Positions 27,658 through 36,335 of a stretch of DNA of 42,158 nucleotides are shown piece after piece. This DNA comes from Deltaproteobacteria bacterium (GTDB taxonomy: Bacteria; Desulfobacterota; DSM-4660; Desulfatiglandales; Desulfatiglandaceae). Made by a program: the position numbers and the translations under genes. The stretch lies in the NCBI GenBank assembly GCA_003646815.1, contig QMLQ01000001.1, positions 1-42,158 on the forward strand. The letters are read 5' to 3'. The notes under the pieces are model-generated. The model had not been told where the DNA came from. It saw nothing but the letters and a program-made list of their open reading frames with translations, and searched no databases. How positions within the stretch are numbered: the stretch's first letter is position 1; every line of letters begins with the position of its first letter.

Positions 27658-28698
27658 ATGCGTGTCTTGATGTACTACAGTAACCGGGATGTCCGCTTGG
27701 AGGAAATGGCTGCACCGGAGATAGGCCCGGGCGAACTCCTCATGAAGGTGATTGCAAGCGGGATTTGCGGCAGCGACGTGATGGAATGGTACCGGCGTGA
27801 CAAGGTTCCCCTGGTCCTGGGACATGAAGTGGCGGGCGAGGTGGTGGAAGTGGGGGCGGGTGTAGAAAAATTTCATGTGGGAGACCGCATTACTGCTACC
27901 CATCACGTGCCCTGCAATACCTGTCACTACTGCCTCAACGGTCATCCGACAGTATGTGAGACCCTGCTCAGGGGAACCCACTTTGATCCCGGAGGATTCG
28001 CCGAGTACTTGCGGGTCCCCTCCATTAACGTGGACAGGGGGGTTTTCCCGATTCCGGACGGTCTTTCCTATGAAAAAGCATCTTTCATGGAACCGCTTGC
28101 CTGTGTGTTTCGGGGACAGAAAAACGCCCGACTCAAACCCGGTCTGTCGGTCCTGGTCCTCGGGAGCGGGATATCCGGTCTGCTTCACGTGGCGCTCGCC
28201 CGCGCCCTCGGGGCCGGGCTCGTGGTTGCTGCAGACACCATCCCCTTCCGCCTGGAGAAGGCAAAGGAAATGGGCGCCCACGTAACCTTGCGGGCAGAGG
28301 AACATCTCGTGGAGGCACTGAAAGAGGTAAATGAAGGCCTCCGTGCGGACCTTGTCATCCTCTGTTTTGATGGTTTCATTCCCCTGGCGATGAAGTGCGT
28401 GGAGCGGGGGGGGACGATCCTTTTTTTCGGAGGGGCTTCTGAAAATGCAACCGTGCCGGCCACGATTAACGAGCTTTTTTGGCGGACGGAAATAACCTTG
28501 ACGAGTACCTATGCCGGTAGCCCCGTAGACTGTGTCACCGCCCTGAGACTTCTCAATGCGGGTGACATCCCGGTGGAAAATATGGTGACCCACCGGCTGG
28601 GATTGAAACAGGCCACAAATGCCTTTCAATGGGTGGCGACACCCATTGAACATGACTGTATCAAGGTTATTGTGGAACCCCATTACCGGGAAAAATAA
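27658..28698 (+). CDS. Zinc-dependent medium-chain dehydrogenase (sorbitol/threonine/polyol-phosphate dehydrogenase-like)
   Basis: It has GICGSD, GHEVAGEVVEVG, a structural-zinc cluster (CNTCHYCLNGHPTVC), and a GSGISG Rossmann motif. Confidence 0.9.
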   Translation: MRVLMYYSNRDVRLEEMAAPEIGPGELLMKVIASGICGSDVMEWYRRDKVPLVLGHEVAGEVVEVGAGVEKFHVGDRITATHHVPCNTCHYCLNGHPTVCETLLRGTHFDPGGFAEYLRVPSINVDRGVFPIPDGLSYEKASFMEPLACVFRGQKNARLKPGLSVLVLGSGISGLLHVALARALGAGLVVAADTIPFRLEKAKEMGAHVTLRAEEHLVEALKEVNEGLRADLVILCFDGFIPLAMKCVERGGTILFFGGASENATVPATINELFWRTEITLTSTYAGSPVDCVTALRLLNAGDIPVENMVTHRLGLKQATNAFQWVATPIEHDCIKVIVEPHYREK

Positions 28699-28882
28699 GG
28701 AATGATGTTAGGCGGTACGGTGGCGAGTTGCGGCACCAGCACCGGTAGACCGAATGAGCGTGGTAAAGGTCACAGAAATCTTTTTGCGAGCACAATGGGA
28801 CCCTCGCGCCTGTAGTGGGAAGAGCTGCTGAGCAAGGCGGCCGATGGGCCCTTGCAGTTCAACGGTATCATTGGATAAAATG

Positions 28883-28942
28883 GCAAAGGCCGTGCAATAT
28901 CGCCGGTACGCCATGGCACCGGCGGTTTGCAAAGGCCGTGCA
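28883..28942. repeat. Two perfect 14-nt direct repeats flanking a GC-rich palindrome in a 288-nt spacer
   Basis: GCAAAGGCCGTGCA occurs at 28883-28896 and 28929-28942. Between them lies CGCCGGT-AC-GCCATGGC-ACCGGCG (28901-28924). The feature is 44 nt upstream of the aldolase start. Confidence 0.4.
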
Positions 28943-28985
28943 GAGAGAAAATTCCGAACACTTGGTTGGAAAGGAGGGACGAAAA

Positions 28986-30281
28986 ATGGGAACTGGAAAA
29001 GGAAGTGGATCAAAAGACTTTGAAAGGGCTCTTGAAATAGGAAGACCACCCAATATTACCCGGCTTTTTCCCCATTCAAAAGCACTGATCGTCAGCGGAA
29101 AGGCCATCGACCGGGCCATGCTGGCCAAGGGGAAAGCCATGACCATTGCAGCCAACGGAAGAAATCATTTCGTTATCAGGGGGGCCCTGCAGGCGGCTCA
29201 ACGGGCCAACGCGGCTATAATTCTCGAAATCGCAAAATCCGAGGGAGGAGGTTCGGCCTATTGCGCCACGAGCTTCTGGAATCTGGCGAGGCAGGCGGAT
29301 GCGGTCTGCAATGAGCTGGGAATCACGGTGCCGGTTGCCATTCATGCGGACCATTATGGTATCAAGAGTAGTGATGACGTGGAAAAGGCGAAAACAGAGA
29401 TTCCGTCCCTGTTTGATGCTGGGGTCACGTCCATAGCCATAGACGCGTCCCACCTGCCGGACGATGAGAATCTCCTGGCCAACCTTGTCCTGGCTCCCTA
29501 TGTGCCGGTTTGGGCAGGCCATGAGACAGAAGTGGGTGAAATCAAGGGAAAGGAAGGTCTTTCCACGGTGGAAGAAGCCCTGTTTCTCATTCAGGGCTTG
29601 AATGCCCATGACATCTTTCCCGACTGGATCGCCCTGAACAACGGGACAACCCACGGCATCGAGGCCAGTGATCAAGGCATTCAGGTCCCCCTCACCGCGG
29701 AAATCCATGAGGCCCTTGCCCCGTACAAGGTTTCAGGCGCGCAGCACGGGACATCGGGGAACAGTTCAGACCGTCTTCGCCGGATTGCAAAGGAAACCCG
29801 TACCACCAAGGCAAACGTGGCCACGGCACTTCAAATGATTTCCTGGGGCGTCAAAGTAAATGAATACGGGAACGCCCAGCTGGATGAAAACGGGGAATTC
29901 ATCAAGATGCCGGATAAAGGCGTCACCGAAGAAATGTGGAACGAGATGGTGGCCTATGCCGAGGAAAAGGGCTTGAAAGGAGGGAACTACAAGAAATTGA
30001 ACCTCCCCTTTGAAAACAAATTGCTCGCGCTCCCGAGGGATATCCGGGAAAGAATGGCCAAGGGTGTGGAGGATTTTGTTTATGAACTCCTTACCGATGT
30101 ATTCAATGCCCGGGATACGGCGCCGCTGGCCATCGAAGCGATCCTCAGCGCCGGTTCTTTCGGGCTGGGCCCGAAGGGGACCAGGATTGAGGACCCTGAA
30201 AAGTGGACCGAGGCAAATATCCGATCGCGCGCAAAGACACTCAATCCCGACAAAGGGGCATCAGGGGATTTTGACGATTGA
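28986..30281 (+). CDS. fba: Class II (metal-dependent) fructose/ketose-bisphosphate aldolase, long form
   Basis: It has VAIHADHY, IDASHL, ETEVGEI, NNGTTHG and GAQHGTSG motifs. The start at 28986 has AAGGAGGGA upstream, and I reject the longer 28815 start. Confidence 0.85.
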   Translation: MGTGKGSGSKDFERALEIGRPPNITRLFPHSKALIVSGKAIDRAMLAKGKAMTIAANGRNHFVIRGALQAAQRANAAIILEIAKSEGGGSAYCATSFWNLARQADAVCNELGITVPVAIHADHYGIKSSDDVEKAKTEIPSLFDAGVTSIAIDASHLPDDENLLANLVLAPYVPVWAGHETEVGEIKGKEGLSTVEEALFLIQGLNAHDIFPDWIALNNGTTHGIEASDQGIQVPLTAEIHEALAPYKVSGAQHGTSGNSSDRLRRIAKETRTTKANVATALQMISWGVKVNEYGNAQLDENGEFIKMPDKGVTEEMWNEMVAYAEEKGLKGGNYKKLNLPFENKLLALPRDIRERMAKGVEDFVYELLTDVFNARDTAPLAIEAILSAGSFGLGPKGTRIEDPEKWTEANIRSRAKTLNPDKGASGDFDD

Positions 30282-31315
30282 TGAAAGAGCCAACCATGTC
30301 CCATCATACTCCCCATACCTGGATCAAGGATATCCAGCAAGGCGACAGCGTCCAGGGCCTCTACATGGTCCGTGAGAAAAGGCTGGGCAAAACCAGGAGA
30401 GGCGATGCCTTCCTGACCATTTCCCTGGCTGACCGCACCGGGGATGTGGAGGCAAAGGTGTGGGACCACGCTGAGGAAGTTTCATCCCGATTCAAGACCG
30501 GAGACGTCCTTGATATCGAAGGCAGTGCCACCTCTTTTCGGGACCGCATCCAACTGACCCTGTCCCGGTTAGAAGTGGTGAACGGGGAAGTGGACTACTC
30601 CCTTTTCCTGGAGTCTTCAATAGAATCCCCTGGACGCATGGTTGCGCAACTGCGCAAGCTTATGCAGGAAATCCGGGATCCTCACTTGAAGGCGCTCATA
30701 GAGCGATTTTTCTCGGATGGACAGTTCATGCACCTCTTTGAAAAAGCGCCGGCTGCCAAGAATTTCCATCACAATTACCTGGGAGGTCTCCTGGAACATA
30801 CATTGTCCGTATGCGGGATCATCCGCCAGGTGGCGGACCATTATCCCCATCTGGACAGGGACCTGCTCCTGGCCGGCGCGTTCCTCCATGACATCGGAAA
30901 AGTCAGGGAACTGAGCTGGGACCTGCAAATCGAGTATACTGATGAAGGGAGGCTCGTGGGGCACCTGGTTGAGGGAACCCTCCTGCTGGAAGAAAAGCTC
31001 ACGGGCTTGAAAGAATTCCCCCGGGACCTGGCCTCCCGGCTGAAGCATCTCATCCTGAGTCATCACGGTGAATACGAGTTTGGTTCGCCCAAGCGCCCGA
31101 AATTCTTGGAGGCATTTGTGCTGCATCTTGCTGACGATCTGGACGCGAAAGTAAACGGTCTGGGACGTTTCTTTGAAAAGGACGGCAGGGAAGGAACATG
31201 GACGGACTACAACCGTTTATTCGATCGATATTTTCTGAAAGGAAACGACCAGCAGATCGGAGAAGGGCGGATCGCGGACCAAAAGGATGAAGGCAAACAG
31301 GGGAGCCTGTTTTAG
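30281..31315 (+). CDS. YhaM-like 3'-5' exoribonuclease (OB fold plus HD domain)
   Basis: An N-terminal OB-like segment (GDAFLTISLADRTGDVEAKVW) is followed by an HD domain (HHNYLGGLLEHT...AFLHDIGK...SHHG). Its ATG overlaps the aldolase stop (TGATG), and an in-frame TTG at 30278 is also possible. Confidence 0.8.
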   Translation: MKEPTMSHHTPHTWIKDIQQGDSVQGLYMVREKRLGKTRRGDAFLTISLADRTGDVEAKVWDHAEEVSSRFKTGDVLDIEGSATSFRDRIQLTLSRLEVVNGEVDYSLFLESSIESPGRMVAQLRKLMQEIRDPHLKALIERFFSDGQFMHLFEKAPAAKNFHHNYLGGLLEHTLSVCGIIRQVADHYPHLDRDLLLAGAFLHDIGKVRELSWDLQIEYTDEGRLVGHLVEGTLLLEEKLTGLKEFPRDLASRLKHLILSHHGEYEFGSPKRPKFLEAFVLHLADDLDAKVNGLGRFFEKDGREGTWTDYNRLFDRYFLKGNDQQIGEGRIADQKDEGKQGSLF

Positions 31316-31318
31316 CCC

Positions 31319-32218
31319 ATGGAGAGATTGGGACTTATTCTTGAAGGAGGAGGCCTCCGTGCCGGCTTTGTGGCCGGTGCGGTGATGGCTCTCATGGATC
31401 TGGGGCTCAGTTCCTTCCACACCGGCCTTGCAGTATCGGCAAGTGTGCCGACACTGGCCTACTGCGCCAGTGGTCAGCGTAAAGAGATGGAACGGGTCTG
31501 GCGTGAAGAGCTCAATAGTTCCCGGCTCGTTTGCTATCGCAACATTGCAGCGGCATCCCTGGGACTTTCCGAAAAGAGACCAATCCTTGATATCGACTAT
31601 CTAGTCTATGATGTCTTTAAGAAACGTTATCCCCTGGACATGGCATCGCTGAAAAAAAATCCCATGAAATGCCTCTTTGCAGCAACGGATATACATGAAG
31701 AAGGACTCAGATTCCTCAGTCCCGAAAAGGAGGATTGCTATGTGGTTTTTAATGCCTGCCTGGCGGTTCCCGGGTGTTATCCCAAGACCGTCCGGGTGAA
31801 TGGTTTTGAATGTGTGGATGCAGGCACTATCAATCCGCTCCCGGTGAGTACTCTTTTTGCACAGGGGATCGATAAGATCCTTGGGATTCTTTCACGTCCC
31901 CTGAACTGTGAAAGTGAGCCGCCGAGCTGGCTTGAGAGGACCCTTTTCTGGCGCTATTTTCAGAAGTACGACTGGATGCTGGAAAAGCTCTGGGAGGCGG
32001 CTGAAGCCTACAAGGAAGAAGTCTCCCGCCTTGAACGGCTGGCGTCCATGAACCCTCCGCGGGCCCTCATCATCAGCCCGGACAGGTTGCCCCCCGCCCC
32101 CTTTATCACCAGAGACAAGCAAAAAATCAACCGGACCGTAGACATGGGCTATAGGATCGTTGAGAAAAGACAACAGGATATCCTGGATTTTCTGGAAACC
32201 ACGAGCAATCTCTTATAA
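31319..32218 (+). CDS. Patatin-like phospholipase family protein (YjjU-like)
   Basis: It has the oxyanion motif EGGGLRAGF and the catalytic Asp context VDAGTINPLP. The nucleophile elbow reads AVSAS instead of GxSxG. It starts 3 nt after the previous stop. Confidence 0.8.
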   Translation: MERLGLILEGGGLRAGFVAGAVMALMDLGLSSFHTGLAVSASVPTLAYCASGQRKEMERVWREELNSSRLVCYRNIAAASLGLSEKRPILDIDYLVYDVFKKRYPLDMASLKKNPMKCLFAATDIHEEGLRFLSPEKEDCYVVFNACLAVPGCYPKTVRVNGFECVDAGTINPLPVSTLFAQGIDKILGILSRPLNCESEPPSWLERTLFWRYFQKYDWMLEKLWEAAEAYKEEVSRLERLASMNPPRALIISPDRLPPAPFITRDKQKINRTVDMGYRIVEKRQQDILDFLETTSNLL

Positions 32219-32238
32219 CCTGAAAGGATCTTGCTGCT

Positions 32239-33063
32239 ATGGAAACCGCCGCCAGGCAATTGAAGGAAGCAGAGCAGAAGATCAGGATATTGCAGGAAAT
32301 TACAAGGTTCGTCTCCTCACTTCTTTCTGTGCAGCATGTCCTGGATGCCATCGTGGGACTGCTCGCTGAAGAGTTTAATCTGGATGCCTGTTCAATCCGG
32401 CTCCTCGACCAGGACGGAAACCTGTGCATCAAGAGTCACACCGGCCTGAGCCGGGAATTCATAGAGCAGGCAACCAGAAAACCGACGGTGGACAGCTACT
32501 CCGGAGACTGCTTCCTGACCGGGAAAATAGTTATCATCAACGACTCTGATAAAATCGACAAACCCATATCCACCACGAGGACCGTTTGCGAGAATATCAG
32601 ATCCTTCGCCCTTGCCCCGATCATGGTGGAAGGAGAAACCATCGGTGTTCTTGTTACCTCCAGCAGGAAAAAGGGATACTTCCATGAGCGTTTTAATGAT
32701 GTCATAACCATTATTGCCAACCAGATCGGCATTGCCATCAGGATCTCCCAGCTTTATGAGGAAATCAATGAACTGAACCGGAATCTTGAAAAAAAAGTGA
32801 AGGAACGTACCGCGGAACTGGAACGAAGGACCAAGGAATTGATCGAAGTGGAGCGGCTTGCCGCCGTTGGCAAGATGTCCCAGAGAATAGCCCATGATTG
32901 CAGGAATTCCCTGACCGTAGTCGGGGGCCTTGCGCGGCGGCTTAATGACAATACCTCTCAAGGGGACCCGGAAAAAGAATACACCCGGATCATTGTCGAG
33001 GAGGTAAAAAACCTCGAGCAGAAGGTCTCATCCATCATACACATAGATAAAGCAGACTTGTGA
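32239..33063 (+). CDS. GAF-domain protein with a C-terminal histidine-kinase DHp (HisKA-like) domain but no ATPase domain
   Basis: A GAF-like core (ACSIRLLD...ETIGVLV) is followed by a coiled-coil linker and the H-box-like RIAHDCRNSLTVVGGLARRL. The ORF ends about 60 aa later, 7 nt from the convergent ruvB stop. Confidence 0.7.
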   Translation: METAARQLKEAEQKIRILQEITRFVSSLLSVQHVLDAIVGLLAEEFNLDACSIRLLDQDGNLCIKSHTGLSREFIEQATRKPTVDSYSGDCFLTGKIVIINDSDKIDKPISTTRTVCENIRSFALAPIMVEGETIGVLVTSSRKKGYFHERFNDVITIIANQIGIAIRISQLYEEINELNRNLEKKVKERTAELERRTKELIEVERLAAVGKMSQRIAHDCRNSLTVVGGLARRLNDNTSQGDPEKEYTRIIVEEVKNLEQKVSSIIHIDKADL

Positions 33064-33070
33064 GCCGGTT

Positions 33071-34099
33071 TCAGAAGAGTTTTTTCTGGACAGGGCCACA
33101 GGATTGGGAAATGGGGATTCCAAAGTGCTGGTAGGCGCGTTTTGTTGCAATTCTCCCCTGGGGGGTCCTCTTTATAAACCCTTTCTGAATGAGAAAGGGC
33201 TCGTATACGTCTTCGATAGTGTCCTTTTCTTCGCTGACCGCGGCTGAAAGGCTGTTCAACCCGATAGGTCCCCCATCGAATTTCTCAATGATCGTTAACA
33301 TAATGTGACGGTCCATCTTGTCCAGTCCGTGCTCGTCAACTTCCAGCATATCAAGGGCGCGATGCGCCACGTCCTCGGTGATCACACCGTCCGCCTCCAC
33401 CTCCGCAAAATCTCTCACTCTCCTGAGGAGCCGGTTCGCCACCCTTGGCGTGCCCCTTGCCCGTTTGGCTATTTCCAGGGCCCCGGAATCCCGTATGGGG
33501 ATCTCAAGGAGCTGTGCCGACCGGAGCACAATCCGCTCGAGGTCTGCCGGTTCGTAAAATTCCACGCGCAGGATGACACCGAAGCGGTCACGAAGAGGGG
33601 GGGTCAACAGACCTGTTCTGGTGGTGGCGCCCACAAGGGTAAAGGGGGGGAGCGGGATTTTCATGGTCCGGGCGGAAGGGCCCTGGCCGATGATGATATC
33701 CAACTGGTAGTCTTCCATGGCCGGATACAGGATTTCCTCCACCACATGGTTCAGCCGGTGGATTTCATCTATGAACAGGACATCCTTGGGTTGGAGACTG
33801 GTCAATATCGCGGCAAGGTCTCCTGGTTTCTCGATGACCGGACCGGAGGTGCTCCTGATGTCAACCTGGAGTTCATTGGCGATTATATGGGCAAGGGATG
33901 TCTTTCCCAGCCCGGGACTGCCGTGGAAGAGGACGTGATCAAGCGCCTCAGCGCGGCCCCGCGCAGCATCAATGAATACACGCAGGTTCCGCTTCATCTC
34001 TTCCTGACCTACGTATTCCTGCAGGTTCCTGGGCCGGAGGCTGATTTCCGCCGGGATTTCATCCTGCAATGGTTCCGGGTCGATAATTCTGTCTTCCAT
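33071..34099 (-). CDS. ruvB: Holliday junction branch migration helicase RuvB
   Basis: It has [12 protein letters not shown], Walker A ([11 protein letters not shown]), Walker B (LFIDEIHRL), and TLVGATTR. Confidence 0.97.
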   Translation of the reverse strand: MEDRIIDPEPLQDEIPAEISLRPRNLQEYVGQEEMKRNLRVFIDAARGRAEALDHVLFHGSPGLGKTSLAHIIANELQVDIRSTSGPVIEKPGDLAAILTSLQPKDVLFIDEIHRLNHVVEEILYPAMEDYQLDIIIGQGPSARTMKIPLPPFTLVGATTRTGLLTPPLRDRFGVILRVEFYEPADLERIVLRSAQLLEIPIRDSGALEIAKRARGTPRVANRLLRRVRDFAEVEADGVITEDVAHRALDMLEVDEHGLDKMDRHIMLTIIEKFDGGPIGLNSLSAAVSEEKDTIEDVYEPFLIQKGFIKRTPQGRIATKRAYQHFGIPISQSCGPVQKKLF

Positions 34100-34133
34100 G
34101 GTACCTGCTCGGGTTGTTCAGTTCACAAGTGTA

Positions 34134-34235
34134 AACCAGCATGGCTGGACCAGATCAACCGAGAGCTACCCCCTGACATGAAAATACAGTCCGCATATTC
34201 GGGCACCGCAGGAGATCTTTTCACGGTAAAGTTCA
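34134..34235. repeat. Repeat module 2 in the ruvA-ruvB spacer
   Basis: It shares AACCAGCATGGCTGGACCA, GACATGAAAATACAGTCCGCATATTCGG and TTTTCACGGTAAA blocks with 1996-2097. Its last 3 nt are the complement of the ruvA stop codon. Confidence 0.6.
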
Positions 34236-34835
34236 TGCCAGTTTCTTGAGAGCCTCTCGTATCAAAACCTCCAGGGTTATGTCCGATTGAGCCTCGCGGA
34301 CCATTTCTACCGCTTTCCTGGCGGACTTTGCGTGGTAGCCAAGGTTGGTGAGGGCTGACAAGGCGTCATCCACCAATTCCTTATCCTGCCCGGCCGCAGT
34401 GGACACAGGGGTTATTTCCCTCTCCCCGAGACTTTTCAAGGCGCGGTCCTTCAGTTCCAGGGCGATCCGTTCCGCTGTCTTTTTTCCCACCCCGGGTATT
34501 GACTGCAGCCGGAGGGCATCTCCACGCGCCATGGCTTCCTGGAGTTCAGCCGGTCCAATGCCGGAGAGGATATTCACGGCCAGTTTCGGGCCAATACCTG
34601 AGACGGCGATCAGCATCAGAAACAGGTCCTTTTCCAGCCTGGAATGAAACCCGAAAAGCGAGAGTGCATCCTCCCGGACATGGGTATGAATATGGAGATT
34701 TACCCGTTCTCCCTCTCCCGGCAGGGCATAAAACGTGGAAAGGGGAACAATCACCTCATACCCAATTCCCCCGGCGTCTATGACCAGGCACTGGGTGGAT
34801 TTCTGGAGCATTATCCCGGAGAGGTGCGCAATCAT
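34233..34835 (-). CDS. ruvA: Holliday junction DNA-binding protein RuvA
   Basis: The sequence MIAHLSGIM...IDAGGIGYEV...LFGF...VSGIGPK...IPGVGKKTAERI is diagnostic. The start at 34835 overlaps the ruvC stop by 4 nt. Confidence 0.95.
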   Translation of the reverse strand: MIAHLSGIMLQKSTQCLVIDAGGIGYEVIVPLSTFYALPGEGERVNLHIHTHVREDALSLFGFHSRLEKDLFLMLIAVSGIGPKLAVNILSGIGPAELQEAMARGDALRLQSIPGVGKKTAERIALELKDRALKSLGEREITPVSTAAGQDKELVDDALSALTNLGYHAKSARKAVEMVREAQSDITLEVLIREALKKLA

Positions 34836-35344
34836 TTTCTGCTTCCTTCGTGGCGCGGGTTTGCCGTGAGGGTGGCAAATCTCGACCAGTTCAGGTGGCA
34901 AACCGCCACGGCCAGGGCGTCGGAGGCATCCAGGGCCGGTTCCTCTTTCAATTTCAGAATGACCCGCACCATGGTCCTGACCTGTTCTTTGGCTGCACGC
35001 CCATAGCCGACCACCGATTTCTTGATCTCCAAAGGAGAATATTCGAAGACACCGATTCCTCTATGGGCTGCTGCCACAAGGATTGCCCCCCTGGCGTGCC
35101 CGAGCTTGAGGGAGCTTTTCACGTTCTTGGCATAGAAAATATCCTCGATAGCCATTTCACCAGGGCCATAATGGGCCATGATATCCTCAATTCCTCTGAA
35201 TATGTGGTAGATCCTCTGATAGAAGGGGGCCTTCGCAGGGGGCTTTATCAAGCCGAAATGGACGCAGGTTAGTTGATGGTTTTTCTTTTCAACCAGGCCG
35301 TACCCTGTCACGTTTGAGCCGGGATCGACCCCGAGGACCAGCAT
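34832..35344 (-). CDS. ruvC: Crossover junction endodeoxyribonuclease RuvC
   Basis: It has [14 protein letters not shown] and C-terminal DASDALAVAVCH motifs. Its start overlaps the yebC stop (TAATG). Confidence 0.95.
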   Translation of the reverse strand: MLVLGVDPGSNVTGYGLVEKKNHQLTCVHFGLIKPPAKAPFYQRIYHIFRGIEDIMAHYGPGEMAIEDIFYAKNVKSSLKLGHARGAILVAAAHRGIGVFEYSPLEIKKSVVGYGRAAKEQVRTMVRVILKLKEEPALDASDALAVAVCHLNWSRFATLTANPRHEGSRK

Positions 35345-36090
35345 TAACCCAACGCCTCCATTACGTCGTCGGGGATGTCAAAATTGGCATACACGTTGCT
35401 CACATCATCATTGTCTTCGAGGGCCTGCATGAGGTTCAGCATCTGCTGTGCCTTTTTCCCTTCCAGTTTCACCGTGTTTTTGGGTATCATGCTAATTTCA
35501 GCAAGAGTATAGGGAATGTCAGCTCCTTCGATGACTTCTTTCACTCCCTCGAAATCGGCCGGATCCGTGATCACCTCGAATTCGCTCTCCTCATCGTTCA
35601 CGTCTTCCGCCCCCGCCTCCAGGGCCAAATCCAGGAGTTTTTCTTCATCTACCTGCTCTTTCTCAATGACAATGAGTCCCTTTTTGTCAAACATCCAAGC
35701 GACACAACCAGGTTCTCCCAGGTTTCCGCCATGCCGTTCAAACGCATGCTTCACCTCTGCCACGGTCCGGTTCTTGTTGTCCGTCAGGCAATCCACCAGA
35801 ACGGCAACACCACCGGGTCCATATCCTTCATAACTGCTCTCTTCGTAAGAGGTCCCTTCCAGTTCACCCGTCCCCTTCTTGATTGCCCGCTCAATATTCT
35901 CCTTGGGCATGTTCTCTGCCTTGGCAGCGGCAATGGCAGATCTCAGTCGCGGATTGCCCGTGGGATCTCCCCCACCCATCCTGGCCGCAACGGTTATCTC
36001 GCGGATAAGCCGGGTAAAGATTTTGCCCCGTTTGGCATCCGCAGCCCCCTTCTTGTGCTTAATGGAACTCCATTTAGAATGACCTGACAT
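35344..36090 (-). CDS. yebC: YebC/PmpR-family transcriptional regulator
   Basis: The sequence [32 protein letters not shown] is the invariant YebC N-terminus. The ORF is 248 aa. Confidence 0.95.
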   Translation of the reverse strand: MSGHSKWSSIKHKKGAADAKRGKIFTRLIREITVAARMGGGDPTGNPRLRSAIAAAKAENMPKENIERAIKKGTGELEGTSYEESSYEGYGPGGVAVLVDCLTDNKNRTVAEVKHAFERHGGNLGEPGCVAWMFDKKGLIVIEKEQVDEEKLLDLALEAGAEDVNDEESEFEVITDPADFEGVKEVIEGADIPYTLAEISMIPKNTVKLEGKKAQQMLNLMQALEDNDDVSNVYANFDIPDDVMEALG

Positions 36091-36154
36091 ATTATTCCTC
36101 CTGACTGGAAACCTCTCTACGGCCCTGACAAAAAACCGAACCTTCGCCCGGGCT

Positions 36155-36335
36155 AACCCGCATTTCTCACGGGCAATCTACTGTGGCGGAGGAAACCCGC
36201 ATGTCTACTGCGTTGCGCTTGAAAAATGACTTTGACGTACTGCAAGTACGCCTTCATCCATTTTTCTTCGCGCGCCTTGTATCCATGAGCCTTTCCGCCA
36301 CCTCGCTACGAAGGCCCGTGAGAAAAGCGGGCTAA
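36155..36335. repeat. Expanded repeat module 1 forming a long nested hairpin
   Basis: Its ends, AACCCGCATTTCTCACGGGCAATCTACTGTGGCGGAGG and CCGTGAGAAAAGCGGGCTAA, match copy A, but they are separated by about 120 nt carrying further inverted repeats (GTGGCGGAGGAAA/CCTTTCCGCCAC, GAAAAATG/CATTTTTC, CGTAC/GTACG). Confidence 0.6.

Noticed and set aside
27625-28683. A 352-aa minus-strand ORF covers almost the whole Zn-dehydrogenase gene.
   Set aside because: It is an antisense shadow ORF. The plus-strand frame carries unambiguous MDR dehydrogenase motifs, while the minus-strand translation is low-complexity (R/G/H/P-rich) with no recognisable domain or RBS.
28708-29049. A 113-aa minus-strand ORF and the long N-terminal extension (28815) of the aldolase ORF both fall in the 288-nt spacer.
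   Set aside because: Neither translation resembles a protein family. The aldolase has a strong AAGGAGG-type RBS at the internal ATG 28986, where homology begins.
31319-32218. I considered the patatin-like phospholipase as a CBASS or other defence effector.
   Set aside because: No CD-NTase/cyclase, E1/E2/JAB or sensor gene is adjacent. The protein resembles the YjjU-like housekeeping subfamily.
33305-36087. Plus-strand ORFs 33305-34249 (314 aa) and 35314-36087 (257 aa) lie opposite ruvB and yebC.
   Set aside because: They are antisense to highly conserved, unmistakable RuvB and YebC coding sequences.
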